The notes below the pieces were generated by a model. It made no database searches, was not told the origin of the DNA, and was given only the letters and a program-made list of their open reading frames with translations. Positions 13,149-26,001 of a DNA stretch of 64,000 nucleotides are shown here, in pieces. Each line of letters begins with the position of its first letter. The first letter of the stretch is position 1. Source of the stretch: Trypanosoma brucei (Eukaryota); contig CP000068.1 of assembly GCA_000002445.1 (NCBI GenBank), forward strand, positions 1,544,199 through 1,608,198, written 5' to 3'. Made by a program: the position numbers and the translations under genes.

Positions 13149-14129
13149 GCTTTATAGCGAAACACTAACGCTAGTTCCCATAATAATAAAGACTAAACTA
13201 ACCGGTGTATCATAAATACTTCATATATACTTCATACCTTCCTATTATCGTACTAATGAGAAGCTTGTAATTCATTTAAAAAATAATAGACAACATCGAT
13301 AAAAGAAGTGTTAGTTCCATAAATCTATTTAGTGAAGGAATCCCTGTTTACATATATAAGTCATCATATGATATTGTTATGATATAAGTGTTAAAATGTG
13401 TATTTTCCTGTCTTCAGCATTTATTTGAGAAACATATACTGTATTTGTTTTTGCTTTAAAAGTGAGACTCAGCCAAACCTAATGCAACAAAGCCGACGAA
13501 CTACACTTTTCCTTACATTATTCACATATCCCCTATAAGCAATGTCATAAAAATTTCGAATCTTAGTTGCGGTAGGTAATAGAGAATTACTAAAAATTTT
13601 GCTTCTTTCCTGTGCTAAAGACCCTTACCATTCTCTTTCATTATGAGACTTCAATAACCATAAATTTATGAACTACTGTCCCTTTTTTTCGATCATCATC
13701 TATAGAAGCAGAAGATATCTTTTTTTTTGCGCAAAATATGGAACACGATCTATGCTGATGCATTTTTCCATCTGAGGTACATTTCCACGCCTGCCATTCT
13801 TCACTTTGTATTTTATGTGTTTAATTTTACTCTATTGCTGCTACCAGTACCGATGACATAACAATCTGATTTTACCATTCACTTTATTTTGATTTTGCAT
13901 GATAGCCATATCCTTCTTTTTGTGCATGATAATTCCCATAATTATATCGATTTTAAGGTGCGTATACTCCATTTCCATCTACCCTTTTTTTGCTTTTTCT
14001 TTCATAATATTCCTCTTACTCTCCTACTTACTATCGCATTTACTATACCCATCATTCTCAACCCACACTTGTCATCGTTTCAAATGCTTCTGTTTCGGCT
14101 GTTCATTCTGCTATTACCGCTACTATAAT

Positions 14130-14190
14130 TATCATACATATACGAACCAACAAAATGTTCTTATCATTAGGCTTGTCCCTTCCATCACCA
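14130..14190 (-). repeat. Degenerate 70-bp repeat remnant
   Basis: atacatatacgaaccaacaaaatgttcttatcatta, plus the conserved junction element downstream. Confidence 0.4.
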
Positions 14191-14388
14191 TTACTATTTT
14201 AAACCTAACTAGTATAAAAAATATAAATCAAATTAATATTTTTTCATAATTTCACTCATTTTTCACGTCATATCACCTTTCCACTTTACGTCCATAGGCC
14301 CATTTCATGTACATTTCACTAAAATATAATATTTTTCAGATTTTTTAAAACTTTCAAAAGTTTCACGTTTCTCAAAAGCTTTAAAAAT

Positions 14389-14404
14389 GTGTTAACATAT
14401 ATTA
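14389..14404 (-). promoter_or_regulatory. VSG 3'UTR 16-mer variant (gtgttaacatatatta)
   Basis: Position 3' of the VSG tail at ~14520. Confidence 0.45.
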
Positions 14405-14519
14405 TATTTCATAAAATTCTCTCAAAATAAAAATATTCATAAAAATCATAAAATTGAGCAAAAATATTTAGATTTTTATAATCCAAATATAAAACAAAAA
14501 TCACAAAATCAACAGACAT

Positions 14520-15955
14520 AAGAGAAAATTTCTTATTGACAAGAAAACTGGAATCTTTACAAGCATTATTTTTCCATTTGCATCCATCTTTTCAGTGTTC
14601 TTGTTTTGTCTTTTCAGAGCACTTTGAAGTTGCCCCTGCTGCTCCTACTCCTGTTTGTGTGGCCTGTTCATTTACCTTTGTCGTAATAGACTTGCAGTGT
14701 TTTTCATCTGTTTCGTCCACTTACCATTTTCATTTTTCATTGGTTGTGCAGTCAGCTGCTTTTTCTATTGCTTCGCATTGTTTTTTGTTGGTTTCTGTTG
14801 TGTTTTCATTCGGTGGTTTGGCGTCTGCTCTAGTTGTGGTTGGCTTGGCTACGCTAGAACTCCTGTAAATTTCCCACGCTGTGGAGTTTATTACTTTCAA
14901 TTGCGTTAGCAGGCTGTCGATCCGCCCATGTGTCACCAGTCGTTTGTCTGGTTAGCCCACGGCCCTTTCCAGATCCTGCATTCAGGTAATGCCGTTGTCG
15001 CTGTCACCAAGTTAGTGCTTGTAATTTACGGACATGCCATTGCTGCCATTGCCGTCGCATCCTTCGCTGTTTGTGGGTTTACTGAGTACAGCACAGGCTG
15101 GGAAGGCGCTTATGCTGCTAGTGTGCTTTCCCATTAAGTTTTTGACGCTGCCGAGAGCGGCTGCTATGCTGCCAGTTGTTAGCGCTGTTTCTCTTGTTTT
15201 CAGCCGGCATTTTGTTATCATCGTCTGGAGTTTCGTTTCCTTGTCTCCTTTGTGGTCGCTGTGGCCTTTTGCTGTTGGCGTGGTCCCCTTCTCACACGCA
15301 GCGGTAGCGCTTCCTTCCACGCCGACTCATAGACAGTATAGAGCTGTTGTCAAGGGCTTGTCTACTGTTGCAGCACAGGCTGTTCCGCCGCAAGTTTCGT
15401 CCACACTGGTTGCTACTGTGGATCCGTCAAATGCAGTTTTCTTCTCGCCGTGCAGCGCTTTCTTAATTTTATGCAGGGCTAAAGTTTTGGTGGTGCTATA
15501 CGCTTCTACTTACTGCTCCAGTGCGTCTTTTACTGCTTTCGCTGCAGCGTGTACTTTGATTAGGTTTTTGTTTGCACGTTCACGGTAATTACTTTTTGGT
15601 AGCCTTAGGATTCTGGGCTTGCCTGTTGAGTGTTCTTTTTCGTGTACCTCTTCAAGTTTCTTTCGCCAGGCTTCCTACTCACTTTCTTTGCTGTTGCTGC
15701 CTTCTGGTGTCAGTGCGCCATCTTTGGTTGTGTAGTATGTGTCCGTTTCTGTAGAAATATTTGGGTTCTCGATTTCGTTTAAGGTGGTCTGTACTTGAGC
15801 ATCTGCAGTTATGGCTTCCAGTTGCTTCGCTGCATCTTCTAGGGACAAAACGTTGCATATTACCGCAAATTCATTGTCGTTATCGTTGGCTGTTGCTGAT
15901 ACCTGGCTTATTACTGTATACAACAAAGCCCAAACTGTGAATAAAGTTTCCATTG
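14520..15955 (-). pseudogene. VSG: VSG pseudogene with several frameshifts
   Basis: The signal peptide METLFTVWALLYTVISQVSATA starts at ~15955. CTD pieces lie in ORFs 15012..15320 and 14730..14936. GPI-tail coding (aatttcttattgacaagaaaactgg) is at ~14525. Confidence 0.55.
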
Positions 15956-16162
15956 TATGGCGCTTTTTTTTCTTACTAAAACGAGGTTGAGAAAACATAG
16001 AGGTAATGAATAGCGTTTTGCTTAGAGGAGTTGTAGTTGTATCTCCACAAGCTACCGACTGCTGTGTTTCTTGTTGCTTGCTCTCCGCGCTGGGGCTGAC
16101 GCTTGGTGCAATTTGATTAGCCAAGGTATGGCTGGCTAGGAGTCTGTGAAATGGGCACCTTT

Positions 16163-17060
16163 CTACTGGACACACCGGCCGTTGTTAGCGTCCTTGTTTC
16201 CTTTGCGTCCACACCAGGGGCTGCCAATGCCACTGACCGTCCCAAGTATATGCTGCTGTTGCGCGTTTCCTCCTTTTTTCCTGTTTATTGACTGTCTGAA
16301 GTTGGCCCAGGCTATTTGAACTTCTAGTGGATTGAGTTTGCCTGGGCTTCCAAATTCAGTGCATTTGCTTAGCAGTTTGTCTGCTGCAGTCTTATCGTTT
16401 ACGTTGGAGCTCCAGTTGTCGTTCGTCACGGTGCTTTCTAGGCTGACACCGCATGCTTTTTTCGTGCCTAAGTTCAGGTGGTCTCGCCCCGCGCATAGAC
16501 AAAGCAAGTCGGTGGCTATTGAGTTTCCCGCTTTGTTGTTTGCTCCCCCATCCTTTTCTGAGCACGCCTGTGCCCGTGTCGCGTGGCCTATCATCGCCGG
16601 TTTGCTTCCCGTGTTTCCGGCTCCATATAGTGCTTCTTCTGCTAGTGCGGCTGCATGCTCAGCTGACGATTTTGGTGGCTTATTCGCTGTGTTGAAAGCT
16701 TCGAGCGCTCGGTCGGCCGCTTGCCTAATGTGCTCCACTGTTTTGGGTGAGTGCTTTCCTGCCGTCCATTTTTCTATCGTTTCTTTAGACTTTTGTAACT
16801 CTTGTTTTGCTGCTTTGTAGAAAGGCCAGATTGATGCCTTGTTTTCCAGTGTCTTGCGTTGGTCTTCTGTTAGCCATGCCCATTCCTTTGACGTGTCTAT
16901 GGCTGTTACGAATATTTTGGCAAGATGCTTAGATTTAGCGCACCGATGTATACGGAGGTGGGTACCGATGCCTTTTTGATTGGGGGTGCCTCGATGGCGG
17001 CCCTTTCTAAGTTTGCAATGTTGCAGAGAGAGAGCGGAATTCTGCTGTATTGTTGTGTGT
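16163..17060 (-). pseudogene. VSG: VSG N-terminal-domain fragment (A-type; ALYGAG..CLCAG), lacking a signal peptide and CTD
   Basis: ORF 16163..16738 plus upstream in-frame pieces; it abuts the start of the downstream VSG with no 70-bp repeat between them. Confidence 0.5.
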
Positions 17061-18414
17061 CTGACTAGTGAGCACCATGTACCTGTATAAATTTCACCAG
17101 CACCGCGAGTGTCACCATTGCTAGTACCTCCTCTGAACTCAGTGGTATCATGACCATCTGAGCCTCCGCTCAGTGATCTTGCCTAGTGATAGACAGATGG
17201 GTTGAGATATGGCCACAATAACCTGTTTTATGAGAATTTTCCCTTAATACTCTAGTTTTTATGTTATACCTGCTAGTAAATTTTTAAAGCCTTTTGCCAT
17301 TAAGCTATAAAACTCTTATATTTTTTCCATCAACCGCATTTTCTACTTCTATAATATGTTGAACACCTTTATGGATATAAAACTTCAATTTTTTATACTT
17401 GTTAAGCATTGACACTGTCCATAAACTATTCACCATTACATGCCGATTTTACAACAATATACTGCTGTTTTTTACAAACAACGGTCCTTGGCAGTTTCTC
17501 TTTCGAATTATAGAATATTTTATACCTATTTCTGTTTGTATATCGCAAATCTTTTCCAAGCCGAAATGTCTTTGGCTCTACACTTCCTTTGGTTGCTGCA
17601 TTAAAGCCGGATCAGCAATAAAATTCATATGAATTCTGCTCTCTTTCAATACCGTCATATTTTCAGCAGTATACTAGTAAGAAATTGGTGGTATATCATC
17701 ACTGACTTTTTTGATTCATAGAGATCTTCTAACGATTCATATATTTGTTATTTTTAGTATTTTGCTTGTTTGTGTTATTCTTTTGTCGTAAGGAACAATC
17801 CATTAGTCGTTATTGCTTTAAAAGTAGCACCCGATAATATCATATTGTTTCCAACAAAAATTAACCACTGTTACTATATCAGATGAGAAGAATAATTCGA
17901 GATTACCTCACAGTTACTCATTTTCTTTTTGTTACTTCCTCTTCCTAACATCTTGATATTAGAATCCGCCATTAGTGTGAAACCTACATTCGCCAACATC
18001 ATCTCTTCGATAACATTTACCCATTTTCAATAAATACAGATTATTATCGGCTCCTTCTGTTGTATTATTTTTTCTCTGTGATGTGCTTTCGTTCATCTCA
18101 TGATTTCACTACTTATTTTCCTTTCTTATCTTTCGTATTCTGTTACTGTTTCTGCGTATGAAGTAGCAACGTTTTTGTATTTTATACTGCACTCTGTGTT
18201 TCCATCAACTCCTTGTGTATGATAATGCTAATCATCATGTTTTATCTCACGTGAGCATATTTTGTTCCTTTCACTTTATGAAAATTACAGTCTTTCTTTT
18301 AATAATACTCCTCGTATTTACTCACACCCATTTCGTTCCCATCGCTGTTTTAAGTGTCTTTACTTTTGACCAACCACTTGGGCTTCGCTACCATTCTTCC
18401 AATATTGTTAGTAT

Positions 18415-18475
18415 ATTTACACTCACAACACATCACTATAACAATCACAATTACTATTAAAACCATAATTTACTC
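18415..18475 (-). repeat. Degenerate 70-bp repeat remnant
   Basis: acactcacaacacatcactataacaatcacaattactatt. Confidence 0.4.
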
Positions 18476-18593
18476 CAATATACATAAAATAGAAGAAAAA
18501 GAAGGAAACTTTTCATACCCTATTACTTTACAACTACGTGCCATTAACATAATAAATATTGAAATATTCAAAAAGTTTTAAAAGTTTACAAAA

Positions 18594-18609
18594 GTGTTAA
18601 AATATATCA
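18594..18609 (-). promoter_or_regulatory. VSG 3'UTR 16-mer, exact
   Basis: gtgttaaaatatatca. Confidence 0.85.
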
Positions 18610-18653
18610 GACACTTGAAAAATAGCAAATTTTATAAAATTGGGAAACAATCC

Positions 18654-20099
18654 TTAAATATTTGCTCCTAAGGTCAAAAATGCAAGCAGAATAGGGTCCT
18701 TATGAATGACAAAAGAATTGCTCCATGTGGTGTTTGTTGTTTTCTCTTTTTTTCCTTCTTGATTTTCTGCTGCCTCTCTGTCTTCTGCTGCTTTCCCTTC
18801 CTCACTCAATGTGCACTTTTGGCCGGCTGGCTTATTTTCATCGAATGTGCATCCTGTTTTCTTTCCACATTCAGTTTTATCATCTCCTGCTTTGTTGCAC
18901 TCTTCATCCGCTTTGTTTTGTCTATTTGATTGGGCATCGCCGTCGTTTTTGCTATTTAGTAATGTCGTCATGGCCGGTACTGTGTCTTCTAGCAAATGCG
19001 TAACGGTTAGGTTTAGCATGTGGATTCGTTGGTTTAAAAGCTTAAGTGTATGCTGATGTTTTTCGGCTTCCTGTAGTGTGCTGCCTGCGCTTGTTAGCTC
19101 TTTTACCCATGGGATGCCTTGGAGGCCGTTTTGTAGTTGCGCTGTTTGGTAAGCAACACATGGTCCGTGGGTGCTGGTGGCGTCGCCGCTGCAGCCTCCG
19201 GCTCCGGTGCCTTCGAGGTAGCCCAGTGTATTGTGGAAGTCACGGTTTGTTCCTTTGGATTTTGCCATCCGCGCTGCGAATCGGCTAAGGGCGGCGTTGA
19301 TTGCCGCCGGGCTTAAGCCGAGTGAAGGCTTCTTGGTGTTGCATTTTTCTATGATGGCGTTGAAAAGTGTGGTCGGGTCGGCGTTTGGTGTCCAGTCGTT
19401 ATCTAGTTCGCCCCTGGTCAATTGTTTGCCGCATGCCGTGTTCCCCCTTGCCTCTCCGCTATGTTTGCCGCAAAGACATAATATGTCGAGGGCAATTGAA
19501 TTACCTGCGTGGCTCCCACCTTTTTTGTTGCTGTTGCCGCAGCCGCTAGCCCGGTTCGTGTCTGGCAGCCTTGCATTTTTGCTATTTCCAGTCTCGCCGT
19601 AGAGCGCTTTGGTTAGGGCAGCAGTGACGGCTTCAGCTTTAATTTGCTGCGCCTCATTTTTGGCCGTTTCGCTGATCTGAAATGCGACTTCTGCCGCCTG
19701 GATTAACTTTCGCTTTGCCGCTGTCGTTAGTTGCCGTCGTCGTACTTCTGCATAAGATTTTTTGTCTTGCCCGTGGCTAACCTCTAGCACATTTTTTAGA
19801 AACGCGTATTTGCTAGGTTTGCCGTCCGCCGCTTCTTTCATTGAGGCATTGGAATCACTGTAGTCCTTTTTTAGATCGATCTTGCTTATAAAGTCGGCGT
19901 TTGCAAGAGATATATTTATCACCCCAATTGTGGCTGCTATGTCTTGGGTATCATCGACGGCTGGCACTAGATTGACTTTGCTTTTGGCTAGCGCCGTTAG
20001 TTCGCAGAGAACCTCAAAATCTTCTTGATTCTCTCCCCCACTTATGACTCCATAGACCTGTAGTCTCGCTGTTATCAGAAAGACAACTATTGAAAACAT
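18654..20099 (-). CDS. VSG: VSG, apparently intact (481 aa): signal peptide, A-type N-terminal domain, CTD and hydrophobic tail
   Basis: MFSIVVFLITARLQVYGVISGGENQEDFEVLC ... ALYGETG ... CLCG ... NSFVIHKDPILLAFLTLGANI. Confidence 0.8.
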   Translation of the reverse strand: MFSIVVFLITARLQVYGVISGGENQEDFEVLCELTALAKSKVNLVPAVDDTQDIAATIGVINISLANADFISKIDLKKDYSDSNASMKEAADGKPSKYAFLKNVLEVSHGQDKKSYAEVRRRQLTTAAKRKLIQAAEVAFQISETAKNEAQQIKAEAVTAALTKALYGETGNSKNARLPDTNRASGCGNSNKKGGSHAGNSIALDILCLCGKHSGEARGNTACGKQLTRGELDNDWTPNADPTTLFNAIIEKCNTKKPSLGLSPAAINAALSRFAARMAKSKGTNRDFHNTLGYLEGTGAGGCSGDATSTHGPCVAYQTAQLQNGLQGIPWVKELTSAGSTLQEAEKHQHTLKLLNQRIHMLNLTVTHLLEDTVPAMTTLLNSKNDGDAQSNRQNKADEECNKAGDDKTECGKKTGCTFDENKPAGQKCTLSEEGKAAEDREAAENQEGKKEKTTNTTWSNSFVIHKDPILLAFLTLGANI

Positions 20100-20459
20100 G
20101 TCTCTATTTATTGCTGGCCTTGTTTCGTTAAATCTTTAATGTAACAAAAGCCTCTCAGACTGCAGGTGGGTTGATTATGCAAGGATGCTTGATGATTTGC
20201 ATTACTATTTTTAGGTATTATATTGCTACAATGTCTTTTTTGGCGTGGACCCTCCGGTGTAGTACATCCTATAGACAACAACCCGTCCTTACACAGTCAT
20301 TACAACAACTCCAGTGTCGCTTTATGTTGCTTATTATTTTTATTTTCGCTTTATATGGTCCACTGGCGTACATTAAAAATTTAAAGAGTGAAATTTGGCT
20401 TTGCTTTCAGTTTGGGGATGACTAACTTAGGATCTACAGGTCCTGTTCCGTCGGTATTT

Positions 20460-20471
20460 ATCCATTCTTGT
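20460..20471 (+). repeat. Target-site duplication, left copy (atccattcttgt)
   Basis: The identical 12-mer is repeated at 20974-20985 immediately after the A-rich tail. Confidence 0.75.
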
Positions 20472-20973
20472 CCCTGGCGATGCCGGCCACATCAATGTTG
20501 TGCCAGGGTCCAGTACCCCGTATCATCGAGGGAAGCCAAAAGCTAGCAGCGTTCCTTTCATGGGGAACACTGCTTTGCTCCGACTACGGCATCATACAGC
20601 ACAGGAATCAGCAGCGTCTTGCTCGGACACCATTTTTCATTTGTCTGTCCCTGGACACGTTGCTAGCATGCCATCAGCAGTATCATCCGCACTAAGATGC
20701 TGCTGTCCGGTGATGTGGAACTCCAAAAAAAGGATTGCCAATTGACATCTTTGGGAGAGTCCAGGGTGGGAGGCTTCTCGCCCCATCTGCTGTATTCCGT
20801 TCATATGCGGAAATACAACAAAAATTATAGAGGGTGTGTTAGGATGAATAAAAAAGGGAGACTCTGCCACAGTCGCCAGACCGATAGCATCTCAGGGCTC
20901 TACGGTGATGGCTGATAGCCGCGACAGTGGGGGGAAACTCCCACGAAGGCACGAAGAAAATTCCAAAAAAGAA
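20472..20973 (+). mobile_element. RIME: RIME (ribosomal mobile element), a non-autonomous ingi-family retroposon of ~502 bp
   Basis: It starts ccctggcgatgccggcc. The 3' ~230 bp (20730-20960) are near-identical to the 3' end of the ingi fragment at 61180-61410. It ends in an A-rich tail and is flanked by a 12-bp direct repeat. Confidence 0.8.
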
Positions 20974-20985
20974 ATCCATTCTTGT
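20974..20985 (+). repeat. Target-site duplication, right copy (atccattcttgt)
   Basis: See the left copy. Confidence 0.75.
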
Positions 20986-22584
20986 CCGTCCTTTGCGCTG
21001 ATTCCGCCAGGTAAATCGCTGTGTTCTCATTGGCCATGTTCTCGGCCATTTCGTAGATGTCTGTTATTAATACTGAAGCAACGTCCTCGTAACCTTGGTT
21101 TTTGATTGTCTGATTAGCTTGGGTTGCAGTTTTATTGTTGCGCAGCTGCTGGCGCCAGCATCGTTGCAGTGACTTGAATGGGTTGACTTTTAACTACGCG
21201 TAGATTTTGGGACAGACACTGAGGCTGTTCAGGTTCTGGCCGCTGCGTGCGTGTGAGTGGAATGATAAAAATGCTGCTTTGGCTGCTGGTCTAATGTTCT
21301 GCTCTATTTTGTGGTTGCTGACCCAAAAGATGTGGTAATTCTTATTTCTGGATTTTTCTTGAAGTATAAACGTTACACTACGAGTTACAAGATGTGTTTG
21401 TTATGTACAGGCCTTCTGTTGTTGAACTTTTCGCTCGACTATGTGCCTAGCTCTGGTGCTTCCTCCTGTGTAGTAAGTTAATCTAGAAGCTAAAGTTTTG
21501 AGATATGTGCAAAGCATTCGTTTGCGTGGGTGGTCGGCATATTTCTTTATTTCGCGAAAAAGTCTAATTTGTACGTAGAGAAGACAGCTGTTCTGTTCCT
21601 GCACTCCGGTAAGAAACATTCGTAGATCGATCGTATAACGTGTAAGGCATTTCGAGTAAAGAGAAAATAGAAGGGATACTACCGCGCGGTTGTATCAAAA
21701 AATATATATTAAATAAAGTACGGAGTAGAGTTGAGGAATTTTCACCTTAACATCTAATTTATAGCATGATATATATATTTATATATAAATTATCTAACAT
21801 TTGTAGTCAGTATAGACTTGTAGAAAAGTTCAACTGCTGTTGTACTGGTTCTTCTGCAATAACGATATAAAGCTGACGTTTCACCCTTGCGCACAGCCTT
21901 GAGAATTTAGTACCATCTTCCTATATTATTCTCTCTCTTTCCCTCCTCCTCATAAATTTCTGGCTTGAATGTACTTGTTACTTTTGTATTTGCCCCATAT
22001 AGTTCTTCAATCAAACTTCACCATGTATTTTTATATGAATCAGCCGTTACCTTAATAGGATAAAAGTTTTTTTCAATGATTTAGTATGGGAGCGGTGGAG
22101 TATCATTACAAACTTTCTGTGCTCCACAAATGTTATCTTCGGTCTCCAATGTGTGGGTTCTTATCATTCAATTATTCCTCTTCCTTTAGTCATTCTCCGC
22201 AGGCTCTGCTGTTTTTAATACCGCGGATAACGTAAAGACATCACTTGTCGTGCACACTGCACTCTGCGTCTCAATAATTCTCCACTACATCGTCCCCTAG
22301 TATATAATGGAACAAAGAACCATATGTGTGTTTTAAACTGTGCATATTCCATATTTCTTCATTCCATATCACTTTATGCCTTTCTTCCTTACCTTTAATA
22401 TTCTTCGCTCTGTTCTACTTACTGTTTCATTTACTTACATCCAATATACCATTTATATTTTACAGCGCTTCTATTTTAACTATCCATTTCATCTCAACCA
22501 CAACTGTTATTAAAACATTAGTGTACTCACACCCTCAGCACATTCAATCATTATCATCACCATTTCTCTCTCTTATTAAAATAT

Positions 22585-22640
22585 TTGTATATGCACACTC
22601 ACAACACTCTCCTATCATCATCATTATTGTTATTTTTGCT
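22585..22640 (-). repeat. 70-bp repeat (single)
   Basis: gtatatgcacactcacaacactctcctatcatcatcattattgtta. Confidence 0.75.
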
Positions 22641-22810
22641 ATCGTGACTGCTCTTATTCATGAAATGAATAAAAGACAAATTAATTCAGAATAGTACTCA
22701 GTTTTTGCGCACTTTTACCTTAATACTTTATACCTACAGGCCACTTTAATACACATATTTCACATTGTCGAGTTTTTCAAAATCTGCGCATTTTGCAGAT
22801 GTTTAAGAAA

Positions 22811-22826
22811 GCGTTAGAATATGTCA
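22811..22826 (-). promoter_or_regulatory. VSG 3'UTR 16-mer variant (gcgttagaatatgtca)
   Basis: Position 3' of the VSG at 22930. Confidence 0.4.
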
Positions 22827-22929
22827 AGTTTTAGAAAATTTTACAAACTCCATAAATATCATAAAAATGAGCAAAAATCCTTTAAATATTACTGAACTCA
22901 CAAAAGCTTCGGCCATCGGAGCCAATTTC

Positions 22930-24351
22930 TTATTTAAGAGAAAACTGGAATCTTTTTTCAAGTTTCACCTTCTCACTTACAATCTGGAGACTTGCAATCC
23001 TCTTGATTTTTCTTAGGGGAGAACTTCTTGCCTTCCGCATTTGGTGTCTGTCCTGTCCGTGCTTTAACTTTGCATTCCCTTTTTTCTGAGTCATAATCGC
23101 ATTGTTCGCTTGGGCAATCGCTGGGGGTTTTGTTTTGCGGTTTGCATTTATTCTGCCGCTGCTTGTTTTCTTCCTTTTGTCCTGCCGCTGAATGGTTGCC
23201 ACTTTCTATGAGGATTTCCGGCTGTCGCGTGTATTCCCTGGCTATATCCTCCCCTAATTCTGTTAATTGCTGGGCTAGTGCTGTTGCTGCAGTATCTGCT
23301 CGCTTATATTGGCGATAGAGTTTGGCTGCTGTGCGCAGCTGTTCCACCCAGGGTACTGCCGCTAATCCTTTGCTGTTTGATGCAAAATATGTTGTATATG
23401 CGATGCATGCCGCTGAATCTGATGCCGTGCACGCTGTTGTGTGGCTGGTTACTAACAAATGAACAGATGCACCGTATTTGCGGCTTCCGATGTGCGCCTC
23501 GAGAGTGGCGAGTGTTGTGTCGATCGCTTGCGCCAAATCTTCGTCATCGGTAATTTGAGGACAGGAGGAAGCTATTTTGGCGACTGCTGTCGTTTGTATG
23601 TTGGCTCCGTTAATAATTTGTGTGCCGGCCGATATTCCGCAGACGTAGATTGCGGCTGTTGCACAAACGCAGATTATGTCGTTTGCTAGGCTTTTGCCGT
23701 TTTGTCCTGTCGCAGACTGAGCTGTTTTGGCTGCCGCCGCCGTTAACTCCTTGCATTGCTTTTTTTCCGTGTCATAGGCATGTTCTGCCGTCCCGCATTT
23801 TGCTTTTTGTAGTGCAGATTCTATTGCCTGTCTTTTGTCGGCGGCTGTCGCTGCTGCCTGGACTGCTAGCTTGCGGACCTTGGTTTTGGCTGCCGCGGCC
23901 AGTCGGTTAATGTGCCTGACTGAACTACGGTCCGGCTTGCCGGCCGGGTTGTGTGAGGATTGGCTTTAGGCCACGGGTCAGTCGGTATCTTCGTTTCCTT
24001 TCTGCCTCTTTTCCAGATCGGCCAGTATTGTTCCCATTCGAGCTTGTTTTCTTTCGCTTTTAGAGTAATCGCCATCTTGGCCCATTCCCCGTCTGCGCCT
24101 TCCGTGTCGAAAAGTTGCTGCCAGTCTGTGCTAGACACTGACATGTTATAGTTTTGAATGTCCTGATAGGTCGTGCCTCCTGTTGCGTCGACTGTTGGTG
24201 GCGGCACTTGCGTTTCTGTTAGCCGCCATAGCCTGCAAAACGTCTGGAACAGCGCGGCGTTTTCGTTTTGTTCCGGCGCTGCTGGCTCACACGTGCTCGA
24301 CATATGAAGAAATGCCGCGCTGACAACCAAAAATATATTCGCTGACATGGT
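22930..24351 (-). pseudogene. VSG: VSG pseudogene with frameshifts at ~23200 and ~23540-23870
   Basis: The signal peptide MSANIFLVVSAAFLHMSSTCEPAAP is at ~24351. ORFs 23866..24495, 22973..23536 and 22930..23202 lie in different frames, and the CTD is Cys-rich (CKPQNKTPSDCPSEQCDYDSEKRECK). Confidence 0.6.
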
Positions 24352-25035
24352 TTTTGTTGGCTTTGAATATAAGCATTCGGGAGGGAATTTAGTTTGTGGC
24401 GTTTCTTCAGGGTACACTTTCTTCTTAATTAATTGTTTCCAAGTTTTATATGGGGTTTTTAAAATAAATTTTATGTTCACCATTCGGATATACAATGTTT
24501 ATGTGTAATTGTTTAGTGTTGAGACTGAGGCTTGTCTTTTTAAAATTGCTTAATTTTTGTGTAGTGGCTGCAATTTTGTAAAGACACAGGTCAAACGATC
24601 AGTTGTGAGTTGGCTGCTTTACACTTCCCTATCTACCACACGCTGGCAGTTCTAGTTTGCGTCCGGCTTCGAGTTGCATTCTAATGGCTACGTTCTGTGA
24701 AATGCCACCCTTTACAGCTGCCTCTTGTTAGTCGCTGTTAAAGTCCACGGCTGCTACTTCCATGATATTCCCAGGAACCCAACCTTGTTTTTTGTCACAG
24801 CCTACTTTCTCTCATCGTTGCTTATTTGCTGCCTGACATTGTGCTTTTGATCCTTAGTTGTGGAAGTAACTTAACATACCGGCTAAACTTTGAAGTATTT
24901 AAATAGCACAAAGTTGTGCTACTTGTGGTTGAACTTATCTTAAAATAACAATTTCGGCTCTCGTTGGCGCCACCACGGCCAAGAAATAAGTTTTTTTGCC
25001 GGAGTCGAGTACCGGCCTCCATGAACGCTATCGTT

Positions 25036-26001
25036 TCAAAGTTTATTTGGTTTAAATAAATCCCCCTTTTTGAGCGCATAACCACAAATTCTTTCATATC
25101 GAAAATCCCAATTCTCTCCACCTACTACATAAGTTTCTATTTTTCCCATATCCTTCGAATTAAGTTGTCTTCCTTTCAACTCTTTATACCAAGTAAAATT
25201 TTTCACAATCAATTTCGTCTTCTCCTCCAACGCAATAGGCTGACCTGGAAAATGAATAAATGGAGCCCCTCCAATCACCACAATACTGGGAACAGTAAAT
25301 AATATCTCCTCATAATCCAATCCAATCATTCCTCTCTTCAAAACAAATCTCTGTCCAACAGCTTCGTCCTGAATGACACTCCATATTAGCAACGGTTTGT
25401 AAATACTCTGCTCTGACTACCATTTCTCACCCCCTTTAAGAAATTCTCCAAATATGAATTCAAATTTATTAAATGCCCAAACTCTGGTTATTATACCGTC
25501 ACCATTAAGATAAGGTTTGTCACTAAGGGGTGACTTCAGTGAGCGAGGTAGCTTCTTATTCTATTTCTTTCTATGGCAAACATTAAAAACACAATATATC
25601 TCTCCATTGCTTTATGTGATCTGAATTCAAAATTAAGTCCAACTGAGGCGCATAACATTCTGATATTGTCATGAATATAATAGGGGAAATTTGCTTCTCT
25701 TTTACTATATCTTCTCTACTAAACTTCTCTTCATTTTCTGAACTTTTTTGTATAAAATATTCCACAGCATTTTCATATTTTTCTCCTTATCACTAACAAT
25801 GACTTCATATCCATCAAAAGTTATCACAACATCTCCATCACTTGCATTCTTACTTTCTAAGAATTCTATTACCCATCTAGACGTCTTAACAAGGCTATGC
25901 AAACCTCCTATTTCAATTGTAATAATTTCAGCATGGCTTAGTTTGGCACTCAATATGAGTCTACACCATCCTTGTGTTGCATGAGTTTGAACGACAACCA
26001 C
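25036..26001 (-). pseudogene. ESAG-like / glycosyltransferase-like pseudogene broken into three ORFs; same family as 2163-3260 and ~55700-56560
   Basis: RWVIEFLESKNASDGDVVITFDGYEVIV aligns with ECIKFVSKDVRMIWKADDYLVV of the copy at 2730-3260; the downstream pieces share blocks with 55950-56440. Confidence 0.35.

Noticed and set aside
21700-21800. AT-rich (ta)n / atatatat stretch
   Set aside because: It is simple low-complexity intergenic sequence with no repeat structure linking it to known elements.
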